In this document: positions 32,234-45,992 of the stretch, one piece after another | How the letters are laid out: the number at the start of each line of letters is the position of its first letter | How positions within the stretch are numbered: the stretch's first letter is position 1 | From: Amoebidium appalachense | Lineage: Eukaryota; Protista; Ichthyosporea | Length of the DNA: 64,000 nt | Direction: 5' to 3' | Assembly: GCA_963693365.1 (NCBI GenBank) | Contig: CAVNZM010000018.1 | Location: 2,146,728-2,210,727 of the forward strand | Translations under genes and position numbers: made by a program | The notes under the pieces: generated by a model | Told to the model about the DNA's origin: nothing | What the model saw: the letters and a program-made list of their open reading frames with translations, nothing else | The model's database searches: none

Positions 32234-32721
32234 CTCTCTCTCTCCCCCCCCCCCCCAGCTGCTCCTTCTAGATATCCCCCCCCCCCCCCCCCCCCCCTGC
32301 CCCAAGAATTTCCCCCTTCCCTTCCCCTCCCCCTTAGCCCCCCCCCCCCCCCCCCCCCCCCAAACCCCCCAACCTCACCCCTGGCACGTACCCTCCGCCC
32401 TTTCCCCCACGAACTATACTTCCAGGCCCATGTTTGATCGCCATATGGACGTCGACCAGCTAACCTCAGCACGTAGCGCCGGCATCGCGGATTTACACAT
32501 TGCACGACCGTACCGACATAATGTGGCATCATGGGGCAGCCCATCCCACAAGCACAACACAAATATCCCACGATCTGGTGAACTTGAACCGCGTTTGGTG
32601 GAACCATCGGCATTGGGAAAGGATTGCGTATATGGGGCAGAATCGGCCGCTGGGAGCCAAGGCCCTGACTCGGTGGAACAATAAGGGAATTTGGCGGTGA
32701 GCTGCCACCAGATGTATCCAT
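29030..32721 (-). CDS. Tentative two-exon hypothetical protein with an N-terminal zinc-ribbon motif
   Basis: Exon 32721-32392 (ATG, 110 codons, donor GTACGT) encodes YLCCACG-x-VVQCVNPRCRRYVL. A phase-0 terminal exon 29347-29030 follows acceptor CTATAG. Joining the two exons is inferred from phase only. Confidence 0.4.
29785..31275. repeat. Large degenerate (TG)n tract switching to (CA)n near 30710 (imperfect inverted microsatellite)
   Basis: ~900 bp TG-rich sequence followed directly by ~560 bp CA-rich sequence. Confidence 0.85.
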
Positions 32722-34012
32722 TAGATCTACCCCTGCTGCATGTTTGGTTGCTGGGAAGGTGCTGATTGTTTGCTCACCAACTTAATTTTACTCTTTACAC
32801 ACTCTAATTAGCTACCTTCCAACTAAAGAAAAGTCGCACATTAGACTCTCTGATCAAGCTAAACATGATTCCGAAAGCTTATCTGTTAAACTTTATAAAC
32901 TAAAATTCTTTTTTAAAAAAAGCTAACGTCTCTTCTATGTTTTTTTTATCTTTCCGCCAAGCAATGGCTTTTAAATAAAACCCAGGGGATTGACTGAACG
33001 CATCACCCGGGTTAATTATAGAGGAGATATTTTTTATCCCCACACTACCCTTTAGCAACCATCATACTCTACACGGTGCTTGGATCAAAAAAAAAAAAAA
33101 GAAAAAAAGAAAAAAAAGGAAAGAAAAAAAAAGAAAATAGAAAAAGAAAAAGAAAAAACATCAGATAATAATGATATCATAATACAATAAAACATGGGGA
33201 CCTTCCGTTGTTAAGAAACATATCCTGCGTAATTATCCACTCCGGTTTAGTTAGGCTATCCAACACCCTCAACAAAAAACCTCGCACAACTTTTTTCCTC
33301 CCTATTTAGTGTCTATCTTGCATATCTACTTCAGCAAATCAAGAAGGGTTTATATGTGCTTATTATTTATCGTGCCATGCAAATATCCCCAGGGCCAATT
33401 CCACCTAAACACCCAACCGGGTCTATATTCCTACTTTTTTGTTTTTTTATACATAGCCAACCACACCCTGTGATCTATGTATCGCGCACGTACTTTAGCT
33501 TGAAGACACGCAAGCATTATACCTACTTCAAAAGAGCTTATCTACTTCAGACTATTTCACTATATCCAATCAACCACACATGCCTAGCTCAACAAGCATT
33601 CCTACGTCGTTCGAACGGAAGAACACTGCAACAAATATTATCTACTTTCACGCAATCCGGATTGTGTGCACACGCAGCACATCTCTATTTTTAACATAAG
33701 TATAAATAATATCTACCTTAACGCTAACAAGTTAACCATTGAATGTGTACACCAACCGTTAGAGTATATCTATTTTACCGCGTTAACCCAAACTGCTTTG
33801 CATCCTTTCTAGGATCACACAAGTATATCTTCTTAGTTTCTTCTTCAGCACAAAAAGCACCTGATTCCATCCTTTATATCTACTAGTATATCTACTTTAG
33901 CCCAACAATCATTGCATGCATACAAGTACATGTACTAGTATATACTAATATATCCAATATAAATATATACTAGTATATCTACCTTATTAGCACTGCATGC
34001 ACACCATTATAT

Positions 34013-34234
34013 CTACTTGAGTGCAATCATATTAGGGCGTAGATATCCAAAATGGATAGCCACCGGCAGGCATGCCAGCATGGTGCATATCCCCACCCAC
34101 ATCCACCCACTGCCCCTCTGTTCCTGCTCAAGACTGGCAAGCACACCGTGAAGGGCTTGGACCTGCAAGGGGGGAAAAGAATGACCGTCCGTGCGTCCGT
34201 GCGTGCGTGCGTGCGTGCGTGTGAGTGTGAGTGA

Positions 34235-34313
<79 letters not shown>

Positions 34314-35879
34314 TGCGCGTGCGCGTGCGTGCGTGTATGCATCAGGTACGAATCACCTCAGCTGGTTCCTATGTTTGCAATGAAGTCATGCAAATATCGA
34401 AAGGTGTCCACCAGAGAAAGCCGTCTGTGAGCTAGCGTGTATTTTCATGTGTTTGGAAGATATATTCATGTGCTTCTTTGTGTTTACATGTTCCTTTTTG
34501 TCTTTGCATGTGTCTTTGTCTGCATGTGCTTGTGTGTTGTTTACACGTGCTTGGATGATTTGTGTGTACTGGAATTGTGCTTGCATGTGCTTGTATGTTT
34601 CTACGTGCCTACATTGTTGTGTTTGCATGTGCTCGTATGTTTCTACGTGCCTACATTGTTGTGTTTGCTTGTGCTTGTATGTTTCTACGTGCCTACATTG
34701 TTGTGTTTGCATGTGCTTGTATGTTTCTACGTGCCTACATTGTTGTGTTTGCATGTGCTTGTATGTTTCTACGTGCCTACATTGTTGTGTTTGCATGTGC
34801 TTGTATGTTTTTACGTGCCTACATTGTTGTGTTTGCATGTGCTTGTATGTTTCTACGTGCCTACATTGTTGTGTTTGCATGTGCTTGTATGTTTCTACGT
34901 GCCTACATTGTTGTGTTTGCTTGTGCCTGCATGGATGCAAATGTCCTAACCATTGAACAAGCCACAAAGAGAACGACGTTCTGACCCACACTTCGGATAT
35001 AATGCAAACCGACCCATTTGGGTAAAAACCAACAATAGAGACAGGAATTAACAAACAAAAAAAAAGAACACAAACAACGCACCTTTTCAGTGTACATCGG
35101 AATCAGCTGTTGCGCGACGGCATGTGTCGTGAATATGTCGTGTGTCTGCTTAGCCAACAAATGCTCAGAAAGGCGTGCCCACAGCTCCGCAGCGGTGCCG
35201 TTTGCGGCGAGTGACGCTGCACCAATCACTGGGCCCAGACGGGCAATCTCGTGCTGTGATTGGAGTAATATCAGCAACCACTTTGGTAATTTGGTGGGGG
35301 TGGGGTGGGGCAGAAGTGTGTCCGGGCGCATGTCTCTGGTGATGGGTGTTTAGGCGGGTTTTGAGGGGTAGGGAAAAAGGGGAGGGGAGGGGGGGGGGGG
35401 GGGGGGGGGGATGTGTGCATTGGAGGGTCGGAAACATGGAGGAGACATTAAGGGCCATATGGGGGAGGAGGGGGGGAACGAAGGGGGGGGAGGGGGGGGG
35501 GGGGGGGGGGATGAGTTGATGATTTGGTGCAGGTGAAAACCACTTTGCTTTTGATGGGTAAGTAGGTACTGGAGCGTCAGACAAGGGGGGGACGGGTTGG
35601 GCGCCGGCGCGTGGGGGGGGGGGGGGGGGGGGGGGGGGGGAGGGATGTTACCTGCAGGCCCATATTCTGAATCTCGAGACCCACCAACTGACGATACAGA
35701 TACCATAAAAGGAAAGCGAGCAGAAGCACACACCCACCGGCCACTTGTGCAAGGATCGGGAGGTCGGCGATTTTGATTGGCTGCGTGGCTAGATTAACCA
35801 GGCTCGCAGTTCCCAAAAGACCGGTCGGCGCAGGTGGCGGGTTTTGGCTGACGCTCTTTCCTGCTGTAAGATCCAGCCT

Positions 35880-35910
<31 letters not shown>

Positions 35911-36635
35911 GGGGAGGGGGGGTTGTGTGTGTGTGTACGTGTGTGTGTGCTTGTGTGTGTTTGTGTGCTTGTGTGTGCGTGTGTGTGTGTGTGTGTGTGT
36001 ATTGGTGTGTGCGTGCGGGTGTATTTTTGCACAAAATGTAGGCATGAGATTGTGTATCGTGTAAAACAAGTCAGAGAATTAGTCAGGATCTACCAAGCTC
36101 CCCAATTGCCTAACATGCCTGAGTGCTCACACGTGTGTATGAGGTTGGAGCGAGGGTTGGAAGGAGAGGGAGAGAGGGGCGAAGGATGCATTTAAGGGGG
36201 GCGAAAGGGGGTAGGGGGAGCGGGAGGGGGAGGAGATAGGGGAAGAGAAATGCAGGGAGGAAGCGAGGGAGGGAGAAATGAGGGAAGAAGAGAGAGAAAC
36301 GGGAGGGTTGGGTTTGTATGTGTGTGTGTATGTGCGTGTGTGTGTGTGGGGGGGGGGGGGGGGAAGGGGGGGGGGGGGGGTGGGTGGAGGGAGGGGAAGG
36401 GGGCGCCCGGGGGCATTGGGGGGGGGGGGGGGGGAGGGGAGGGGGGGGGGGAGGGGGGGGGAGGGGGGGGGGGGGGGGGGGGAAGTAAAAATCAGTATAG
36501 TGTGCCGAAGTACACATTCAAAACGGATATCGCAATGCAGAGTGGAAATCACACAACAAAATAACCACACAAATCTTATGCATAGTAAGGAGAGCCCATC
36601 CTCAGCGGGGCCCAGAGTCATTCCACAAAGGCGGG

Positions 36636-36666
<31 letters not shown>

Positions 36667-37274
36667 AACGTACTTGCTCTCACCAAAGATTGAGCTCTGT
36701 TGCAGATCTGTAAGCTCCTGGAATACACGCACAAGAGAGCTGCGACGCTTCTTGGGTGGGGGCTGGGATATACACATGTGAGATATATGTGCTAGATATT
36801 AGATAAGATTTGATAGATAATAAGATTGGCTAGATATTGAATAAAATTGGCTAGACATTAAATTTATTTGCTAGAAAATATGTTATATATTTTGATAGAC
36901 GTCGTGGTGTCCAGGAAATAAAGTAGATAGTCCCAATGTGAGATGTGCATTCGCGCAGATAAGACATGTTAAAGCTCTGTAGTGCACTCTGGGAGGACAT
37001 TGGTGGTGATTGCCTCATTTTTATTCTTTGTTATATTCTTGGGGTTTTTTTTGTGTGTGTGCGTGTGTGTTTGGGAGGTGTTGAATACAAGAGAACAGAT
37101 TGGAATCGAAACGAGCAAAAGGAAAGGAGGAAAAAAAAAAGGGGGGGGGGGGAGGGGTACCCGCAGTAAAACAGAACACAAAACCGACGTAAGGGACGAG
37201 GGGATTGACGGGAAGGAGGGAGATAGGGCAGAGACGGAGGGAAGAGAGAGAGAGGAGAGGGAGGGGGGCGGAAG

Positions 37275-37305
<31 letters not shown>

Positions 37306-37749
37306 GGGGGGGGAGGAGGAGGGGGGGTTGATGTATGCCTTAGAGGGGGGGGAGGGGGGGGGGGGGGGTTGAATGCATGAGGTATCACAAGAGATCAAAA
37401 AAATGAAAATAAACGGGAAGCTCTAGCTACCTTTGCCCCCTCGGCCTGGGGCTGTTCACTCTCCACCCTCACATTCTCCCTCTCCTCCTCCTCGATTCGA
37501 CGGGCCAAGATCTCAAGAAGACGTCCCTGTGCCCGCGCACTTTCGATGGCCGGTCCGGCAGCGGCACTGGAAATAATTCCTGGAAATCTCGGTGGGTAAG
37601 TCTATTGTACTCATGGTGGGACGGAGGGGAAGAAGTAGTGGGACGGGGGGGGTCGGGGTATTGTATTGTTTCTAAGATTGCATTCTTTTCTTTTCTTTCT
37701 TTCTTTCTTTCTTTTCTTTTTTTTCTTTCTTCCTTTTTTTTTTTTTTTT

Positions 37750-37806
<57 letters not shown>

Positions 37807-37904
37807 ATATTGTTTCTAATATTGTGTTTCGTTTTCTTTTCTTTCTTTCTTCTTCTTCTTCTTTTTTTTTTTTTTTTTTTTTTTTTTTTGGTGGTGGTGG
37901 TGGT

Positions 37905-37966
<62 letters not shown>

Positions 37967-38212
37967 CCGTACCCTTCACCCAGCATGATTTGACCCACTG
38001 GAGATCATAGATCATCTGTGTGTGGGCGCAAAAAGGGATTAGGTTTAGAATACCACACATGGCATGACGTTCAAATCAGAAACAAATAGCACACCCGGGA
38101 AATGCACAAGAAGAACATCCTCAGCAGGATGGAGCACAAGCAGAGCCCAACTTCACCCGGAGGGGGGGAAGGGGGGGGAGGGAAAGGTCGTTGCTGGGGA
38201 AAAAGGAAGGAA

Positions 38213-38248
<36 letters not shown>

Positions 38249-39237
38249 GATGTATGTGTTTGAGGGTTGGAAATATGGAGGAGACAACAACGAGCAACAA
38301 CAAAGCGTCACAAAGGTGGGAAATCCAAAATCAAACAATTTAAGCGTGCAGGCAGAAGACACTTGAACAGAGCCCATCATCAGGGGGGTTCCTATGCCTC
38401 CCCAAAAGCATGGGTTTCGACTCTTTAACCTCTTGCGTGTGGTTCCCAACCCATACTTTGTTTCAACAGCAATAGGCGAGTCCACCCGTCTTGGCCAAAG
38501 ACGAGCAGGGTTGTTCAAGGAGCAGCAATCTCAGAAAACAGAGTCGACAAAATCTGCAAGCAGACAAAAACCAAGAGAACAAGCAGAGAAGTAGAGCATA
38601 AGCCGGGCTTCTACAAGGCTCCCCGACTCCCTAACCGATAGAGAAGAGGAGCGAGGGGAGGGGGGGGGGGGGGGGGGGGGAGGGGGGGGAGGGAGGGGGA
38701 GAGAGGGAGGGGAGGGGGAGAGAGAGGGGGAAGGGGGCGGGGGGTAGGGGGAAGAGGGGAGGGGGGGGGGGGGGGGGAAATGGAGACAGAGAAAACAGGG
38801 GGGAACTTAACCTGGCAACTATTGCTTTATTAGAGGGTTACCCCACGTAATAAACCAATAGGTTTGACCCATGCCACTGGGGGGCAGTGCACCTGGGGGG
38901 GGGGGGGGGGGGGGGGGAGAAAGGGGGGAGGGGGAGGGGGGGGGGGGATGTCATCCGCCGTACTCAAGTGGGTGGGTGGGTGGATGAGTTCTATAGTGGA
39001 AAGGGCGGGGGGGGGGGGGGGGGGGGGGGAGAAGGGTGGGACCTCCACGAGCGAGTTAACACGTCTTGGGCACAGACGGAGGGGGGGGAGGGGGGGGGGG
39101 GGGGGGGGGGGGGTATATATCACCTTGAGTTGAGTTTGGGTGGGAGCTACTGCTGTAAAGATCCACCACACGTCAATCACAAAGGTGTCAGCGTAGGGCG
39201 CATTGGAACCCTGCGCACGGGTACGGTACACTAGCTC

Positions 39238-39298
<61 letters not shown>

Positions 39299-39382
39299 CA
39301 ATCACAAAGGTGTCAGAGTAGGGAGCATTGGACCCCTGTGAACATGTACGGTACACTAGCTCCCTGTGTGTGTGTGTTGGGT

Positions 39383-39413
<31 letters not shown>

Positions 39414-40001
39414 GATGTATGTGTTTGAGGGTTGGAAATATGGAGGAGACAACAACGAGCAACAACAAAGCGTCACACGGGAGGGGGGGGAGGGGGGAGG
39501 GGGGAGGGGGGGGAGGGGGAGGAGGGGAGGGGGAGGGGGGATGTGTGTGTGCATGTGTGTGTGTGGGGGGGGGGGGAGGGGGGGGGATGTGTGAGTGTGT
39601 GCGTGTTTGGGGGGGGGGGGGGGGGGGGGAGTGTGCGTGTGTGTGTGTGTGTGTACGTGTCCGCATGTGTGAATGTATTTGTTTGCGCAGGGAGGGGGGG
39701 GGGGGGGGGGGGGGGGTTGAATACGGAACACGGTACGAAGTACGCATACACGAAGGACACATGCAAAGGCAAACATTCAAGTATGCAACATCAGCCATGC
39801 GCACAGTATGCGTCATAAGCAGAGCCCATCCTCAGGGAGGGCCCAAGTCATCAATTGCGTCTGAGTTTCGACCCCTTAGCCCGCGTATATACGACTTTTC
39901 AACTCGAACAGCAGCATCAACTGAACTTGGGAGGGTCACCCCGTCTTGATCAAAGACGAGCAGGGTTGCTTATGCAAGGTGAGCAAAACGGTAAAAGGGG
40001 G

Positions 40002-40038
<37 letters not shown>

Positions 40039-41099
40039 AGAGGGTGATGTATGCATTAGAGGGTCGGAGATATGGAGGAGACACCAAAGGACAAAAATGT
40101 AAAACGTCACAAAAGCACAAAAAAAACGGAATAGAGCCATAAAATAGAAGTAATAATGATAAAAAGGCAGAACAGACTTGAACAGAGCCCATCACCACGG
40201 GGGTTCCTATGCCTCCACCAGAGGGGGGGGGGGACAGATGAGGGGCAAAGCTGTCGCAGGAAGGGTGTGGGATGTGGGAATGGAATGGGTGTGTGTGTAG
40301 GGGGGGGGGGGGGGGGTCTATACTTGTCGGAATTCCAGTACACTCTGTGCCACTGTTCCACCGGAAGCTTGACCATCCCGACAAGGGGAAGGTCCTGCGG
40401 GGGGGACACAAAGTTGATCTTGCGCTGAAGGCAGCAGGCATCGGGGGATACCTCCCACTTGCTGTGGGTGTACTCTGCCATATTTGGAAAAAAATATACT
40501 ATTAGTGAATCAGCCAAATCTCCCTTTTGGTGTGGGTATACTTGGCCATTTTTGGAGAATTACCATTGGTGATTCAGCCAGACCTCCCATATAGCTACTT
40601 TCTTTTAGTATTTTCTAGAAACGTTTTGGCGTGGGTATACTCTGCGTTTTTCTTTTTTAATTTTCATTAGTGATTCATAAGGGTTGTGGGAGTTGGACGT
40701 TTTTAGCCGTATTTGGAAAACTTCCGGGGGTTTTGACGTCCTTCCCAGTCGTTTTTACTCAGTGAATGCCCTTTTTCTATAGTATTGGGGTTTTTTTGAT
40801 AACATAAATATGATGTTGTTGGGTCGCAATAGATAGTGAATCAGCCAACCACTGGGTCCAACGGGTAACCATATTAGGTTATATGTGTTGTCAATAGCTG
40901 AGAAATGTGTGTGGGGGGGGAAATGGGACATTCAGAGAAGGGCAAGTCTTCACTAAAAATTACCCCCGTCTTTTTTTCGTCTTTTTTTCCTTCCTTTTTT
41001 TTGTTGCTTTTGAACACAACTGTGTTGGATTTACCCGAAAGGATTGGACATTTAGAGTTTTTTTTTCTTTTTTTTTCTTTTTCTTTCTTTTTCTTTTTT

Positions 41100-41168
<69 letters not shown>

Positions 41169-41568
41169 AGGGGGACAAAAGGTGACAAGTGTGTGTGTGT
41201 GTGTGTGTGTGTGTGCGGGGGGGGGGGGGGGGGGGGGGGGGGGATGTTGAGCACACACCCTGCAGCGGGTGTTGCATGAGAGGATCTGTCACCATGTACA
41301 TGTCAAAGATATCGTTGTCTGTGTCATCGCTGAAAAACGACGGTACAATGTCTTCGAGTTTGCATGTTAGGACAGTCTCGAAGACACCTTCGTTGGTGTT
41401 CCTGTGTGTGGGTGGGTGTTTTGGGGAGGAGGGGGGCGGGGGGAGGGGGGGGGGGGGGGAGAAGGGGGAGGGGGGGAGGAGGGTTGTGTGTGTGGAGGCG
41501 GGAGGGGGGGGGGGGGAGGGTGTGTGTTGGGAAGGGGGGGAGAGGATGGGAGGGGGGGGGGGAGGAGG

Positions 41569-41623
<55 letters not shown>

Positions 41624-43130
41624 CATGTGTGTGTGTGTGCGCGTGCGCGTGTGCGTGTATGTGTTACCTGGCAGGGGAGAAGGGGGGAGGGGGGTAGAGA
41701 GGAGGGGAGGGGAGGGGAGGGGGCTACCGGGGCAGTTTTAGAATGTGGTATAGAGTACGGAGAACACGTCCATGACGGATACCACAATTCGTTTGGAGTA
41801 CAACGCACAGAGCATGCATAATAACCAGAGCCCATCCTCAGGGGGGGCCACCAGGGGGATGAGGTGGGGAGGGTGGGGGTTTTTTGAGGGGGGGGGGGGG
41901 GAGGGGGGCATATAAGGTTCCTTCCACGAGTGGGTGTGCAATTTTTTTTTTTTTTTTCGTGCTTGGTCCATGCTGCTTGGGTGTGGAGTAGATTCTACAG
42001 CAGGGGGGTGGGGGGTGGGGTTTGTGGGGTGAAGGAGGGGGGGAGGGGGGGGGAGATGTATGCGTTAGAGGGTTAAAGATATGGAGGAGACAAGGGGGGG
42101 GGGGGAGGGGGGGGGGGGGGGGATCAGTGAAGCGGCGCAGGTGTAGTGCGTACCTATGCGTACGTGACCGTGTACGAATATGTGTGCCTGTATCGAGTAT
42201 GTGCGTGTCTGTGTCCGTGTATGAGTGTATGCATTTGTAAGTGCGTACCTTTCTGGGTTACACCATACCTATGTTTTTGTATGCTTGTGTGGGTATCTGT
42301 GTGTTCTGACAATAGCAAGGATGTAGGGATGGGGTGAGGGACTTAAGGGTCGTGGGGCACGGCAGTGATCGACATGGTGGAGATTGGAAAACAACAAAGC
42401 ATAATCATATGAGGTAAGCTAAAACTGAATTGACTGCATTGGCTAGAAAACATTGCTTCTAAGTTCTACGTGCAAAAAAATAGCTGAGTTTGGCACTCTT
42501 GCTCCTTACTAGTCTAGTCTCTACATAAGGATTATTTTATCGCCCTGTTGACAACCACGTAAGGTATGTGCACACTAAGACACGTTCTGACAGACAGCCT
42601 GGTGTGTGTGAAACACTAACCTACATGCTCAAGCCATTTTGCAACACACCAACACATCTGCTTGAATGTGCGCATTGAAGGGTACATTGCATCATCCTTA
42701 CACCAACACTGCACACACCTTGTTACTTACACACACCGACAACACTGCACACACACACACAAACTTGCAAACTGCTCACGGAAAAACACGCGCACACGTG
42801 CCTGCAACGCACACAGGCCGACCTGTATGTATACTCAGAGGAGCACACACAAGCACACAAACGAACCAGCGCATCAATCCAAGCAGCCACACATCCATGC
42901 AGCTTGTGGCTCACACAGAGAAAAACACGCACAAGCACACACGAACACGCATGGGCACACACAGAAACATACACATACATGCCCACACGCACACGCACAC
43001 AAGCGTGTACACGCACACACACGCACACACGCGCACACACGCGCGCGCACACACACACACGCACACACATACATACACACACACAACACACACATTCACC
43101 TGCTCAGACACACACACACGTACACACACA

Positions 43131-43171
<41 letters not shown>

Positions 43172-43377
43172 ACCTTGCTTCCTTCCAGTGCCCACATTTC
43201 TTACCCTTTGGCACCTCGGGCATCGTCACCTTTGGAGCATTCTCCGCTCCCTGCGCAGCCTGTGCCTGTAACTTTTTTTCCGTCTCAGAGGGCCCAAACT
43301 TGGGCACGGGTTTCTCGTTAACCCCCGCTACGTTCTGGTCCTGTTCAGAGAGTGCTTGTTTCGCCATGTTGACCTGT
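34013..43377 (-). CDS. VASt-domain (Aster/LAM/GRAMD1-like) lipid-transfer membrane protein
   Basis: Approximate exons 43377-43172, 41401-41259, 40460-40324, 39238-39124, 38892-38842, 38015-37973, 37579-37431, 36760-36673, 35877-35651, 35253-35083, 34162-34013. VASt-like motifs [25 protein letters not shown]-x-TQLKV and [12 protein letters not shown]. Hydrophobic segments [17 protein letters not shown] and [19 protein letters not shown]. Confidence 0.7.
34582..34926. repeat. 42-bp intronic minisatellite x~8
   Basis: Near-perfect tandem copies of tgcatgtgcttgtatgtttctacgtgcctacattgttgtgtt. Confidence 0.92.
36484..36625 (-). mobile_element. Short 3' fragment of a divergent relative of family 1
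   Basis: After poly-G: cgaagtacac...acggata...atgcatagtaaggagagcccatcctcagcggggcccagagtcat, which shares the gagcccatcctcag core. Confidence 0.6.
38248..38640 (-). mobile_element. Hammerhead-retroelement family 3, longest copy
   Basis: Starts after a long poly-G with tgatgtatgtgtttgagggttggaaatatggaggagac, an end shared with 39413, 40044, 42055 and 62058. Shares gggcttcta..gctcccc and aagacgagcagggttg with family 1. Confidence 0.8.
38363..38518 (-). ncRNA. Putative non-circularly permuted hammerhead ribozyme (family 3)
   Basis: Minus strand: GUU 38450-38448, GAAA 38418-38415, CUGAUGA 38383-38377. Stem III AAAGUAUGGGU/ACCCAUGCUUU, stem II GACUC/GAGUC, closing stem UUGAACA/UGUUCAA. Confidence 0.65.
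39413..39477 (-). mobile_element. Family-3 3'-end stub (~65 bp) between G tracts
   Basis: Matches 38248-38311. Confidence 0.85.
39717..39996 (-). mobile_element. Hammerhead-retroelement family 2, copy with a degenerate stem I
   Basis: Highly similar to 46725-47018. Core motifs at 39829-39835 and 39866-39869. The strand after GUU reads GAAA instead of GGAG. Confidence 0.85.
40044..40220 (-). mobile_element. Divergent family-3 fragment
   Basis: tgatgtatgcattagagggtcggagatatggaggagac ... acttgaacagagcccatcaccacgggggttcctatgcctcc, bounded by G tracts. Confidence 0.75.
41735..41850 (-). mobile_element. Short 3' fragment of another family-1 relative
   Basis: ttttagaatg...atgcataataaccagagcccatcctcagggggggcc, G-rich on both sides. 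Confidence 0.6.
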
Positions 43378-43901
43378 CCTGTTAGGTGGGTTGGAGAATA
43401 TATCACAGATGGGCCATATAAAACTATCACCACACAACACACACAACTTGGGCGAACAACTGAGCTCCGTGTTTTGTCACTGCGGCATCTGAGCAAAAAT
43501 TCTTGATCGCCGTGGCTCACGATTACACAGCCTGATCGATTGCGATCTGGCCGAAATTTGGATTTTCGTGATTGATATATCTCGGTGGATATTTGGTGAA
43601 GTGTAGCTATCTGAGCGATTATCTCGTTGTGTCTTTGGCAATTGCACTAATATGCATGTATATGCTCTAATCCAAACAAAAATGAATTTATAAATAAATT
43701 TGAAAAAAAAAATATGGGCACTTGTGCCTATTTATTTTCAACTAAATAGTGGTGGACATGGTCATGCCCACATATGGTTAATCGATATTACCTTGGAATG
43801 CCCATATAGATGGTTCTAATACACATGCCTCGATCCACATTTCATCTCTGGTTTGAAACAAAAGAAGTTGAAGGTCTCCTTATCTGGGGGAGGCCGAGAG
43901 A

Positions 43902-43934
<33 letters not shown>

Positions 43935-44264
43935 CTTCCCGAGACCTCGGGTGTAAGCAGCTGACAGCCAGGCCCTCGGGCGGAAGGGAGGTGAAGGGGA
44001 GGAGAGGGTGCACGTGGGGGGAGGGGATATCGTGGGAAGGAGGGTTGGGGAGAGGAAGGTCATAGGAAGGTTGAGCGGGGAAGGACGAGGCCTCGGGGGG
44101 AGGAGGAGGAGGCGAAAACCTTTCATTAAGGGAGTGGGGGGGGGGTGGGGGGGTCAGCGATACGTGTGGCCCTCCCTAAGCCCAAATTCTTCTCCATACG
44201 TTCACTCCCCCCCCCCCCCCCCCCCCCCGGAATATATATCCGTATCATGAATGGCAGGCAGTCT

Positions 44265-44299
<35 letters not shown>

Positions 44300-44579
44300 G
44301 GCTCCCAGCTCACCCCCACCCCGAGCCCATCCTTGCGCATGCCATAATATCCCCCCCCCCCCTTCCCCCCCACTGCCCCCCCCCCCCCCCCCCCCTCCAC
44401 CCCCCGCCCCGCCCCCTCCCCCCCCCCCCCCCCCCCCCCCCTTCCCCCCTTCCGGAGAAAGACACGAAATTCGAAGGGGGGCGACTCGCGCAGAGTGGGG
44501 TGGCAGCCTGAGGTAAAGGGGTTGTGGTGGGGGTTAAGAGGCAGGAAGGGAAGCGTCGGGAGGGAGAGAGGGTGGGTGG

Positions 44580-44616
<37 letters not shown>

Positions 44617-45653
44617 GGGGGGAATATTATAATATGATACGATTTTTTTTTTTTAGAGAGCTTAGAATGAAAGTAGAGTACAGTTGCTCGAGACACAACA
44701 AGACAGTCGCTGAGATAGCCCATCGGATATCCAACGAGGAATATCCAACATGAAGTCTCTAGATCTATTGATCGATTCATAAATTCTGGGAACCTGAAAA
44801 CTCACATACCATTCCACAAAAACAACGATCCCAGACTGACAGAACATTGGCCACCTAAGAAACTAAAATACACCGCTGTGTGCCGACCGTTTTTTAATCA
44901 ACCAATTGCATAGAATTACAAAGATTTGCTCACCCCGCCGGTGTGCAGTTAATTACGTTGTTAAACGCCTTCCGGGATTATTGTGACCCCCCCCCCCCAC
45001 CCCCCGCCCCAAAGAAACTGATCTCCCTCTGTCTCTTCCCCTCTCTAGCCCCTCCCCCCACCCCCCCCCCAGCCCCTCCCACCCCGGTACCTCTCCAAAG
45101 AAATTGAACTCCCTCTGCTCTCTCCCCTCACCAGTTGCCCCCGCTTCCATCCCCCCCCCCCCCCCCCCCCCCCCCCCGGCGTCCCGCCCCTCTCTCAGTC
45201 GTGGGACTAATGCTCCTCCGCTACAGGATAATAAGCATTTAACGCCTGAGCCACCGTTTTCTCCTGTGTATTATGTAGCAGAGGCGTCAATCTGTTAAAG
45301 GGGCCTTCGTGTGTGTGTGTGTATTTGTGTGTGTGTACATGTGTGTGTGTCTTCAAGGGACCTGGGGGCGGAGGGGAAGGAGGGGCACGTCTTTTCCTTA
45401 CACTGCATAAAACTTGTGTTGTGAGACTTCAAATATATATCATGTATGGGTTAAAGTATACATGTCCCAGCAACTGTGTAGTCGATTAAAGCAATTTGCG
45501 TCATACCCATGTCCAGCACGGCAAAAAGCAAACCTCCTTTAACGGCCCTGTCCGTTCCGCATTTGGCTATTATCTCTGTGAGGCTATTGGCTAAAGCACG
45601 CAGTATCCATCTCTGCATTCTGCCCTTAAAAGGTTAACACATCTGCACATCCC

Positions 45654-45687
<34 letters not shown>

Positions 45688-45992
45688 CCCCTTCCCCCCT
45701 CCTCATCCCGGGGGCCCACAGTAAACGTGTCGTTAAAAAAACAAAAAACAACACCTTTTCCCCGACACATATACATTATACTTAATTAAGTTCATCTCAT
45801 TCAAACTACAAACAATCCGGCTGTTACACCCGCGGCACCGCTAGAAAAATATTCCCCAGAACATTGTCACCGTCCAGTTACAGAAAAGGGTTAAATTTGT
45901 CCTACGCACCAAATCACTATTCAATTAAACCATCACTACCCGCGCGATTCGCTCATGCACCGTCTCTTGCACAAGCCTTACGTAAGCCCCCA

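Noticed and set aside
34386-35054. 222-aa repeat protein ([14 protein letters not shown])n
   Set aside because: It is the 42-bp intronic minisatellite, open in several frames on both strands.
37760-37965. Poly-G tracts as pure sequencing artefacts
   Set aside because: Tracts occur as both C and G, stay out of exons and sit at consistent element junctions, so they look real, although exact lengths may be unreliable.
37973-38892. Mutually exclusive exons in the VASt gene ([17 protein letters not shown] vs [14 protein letters not shown], both with WVK)
   Set aside because: End phases differ (0 vs 1), and sequential inclusion gives an in-frame, VASt-like GLLRGMIYDLQW segment.
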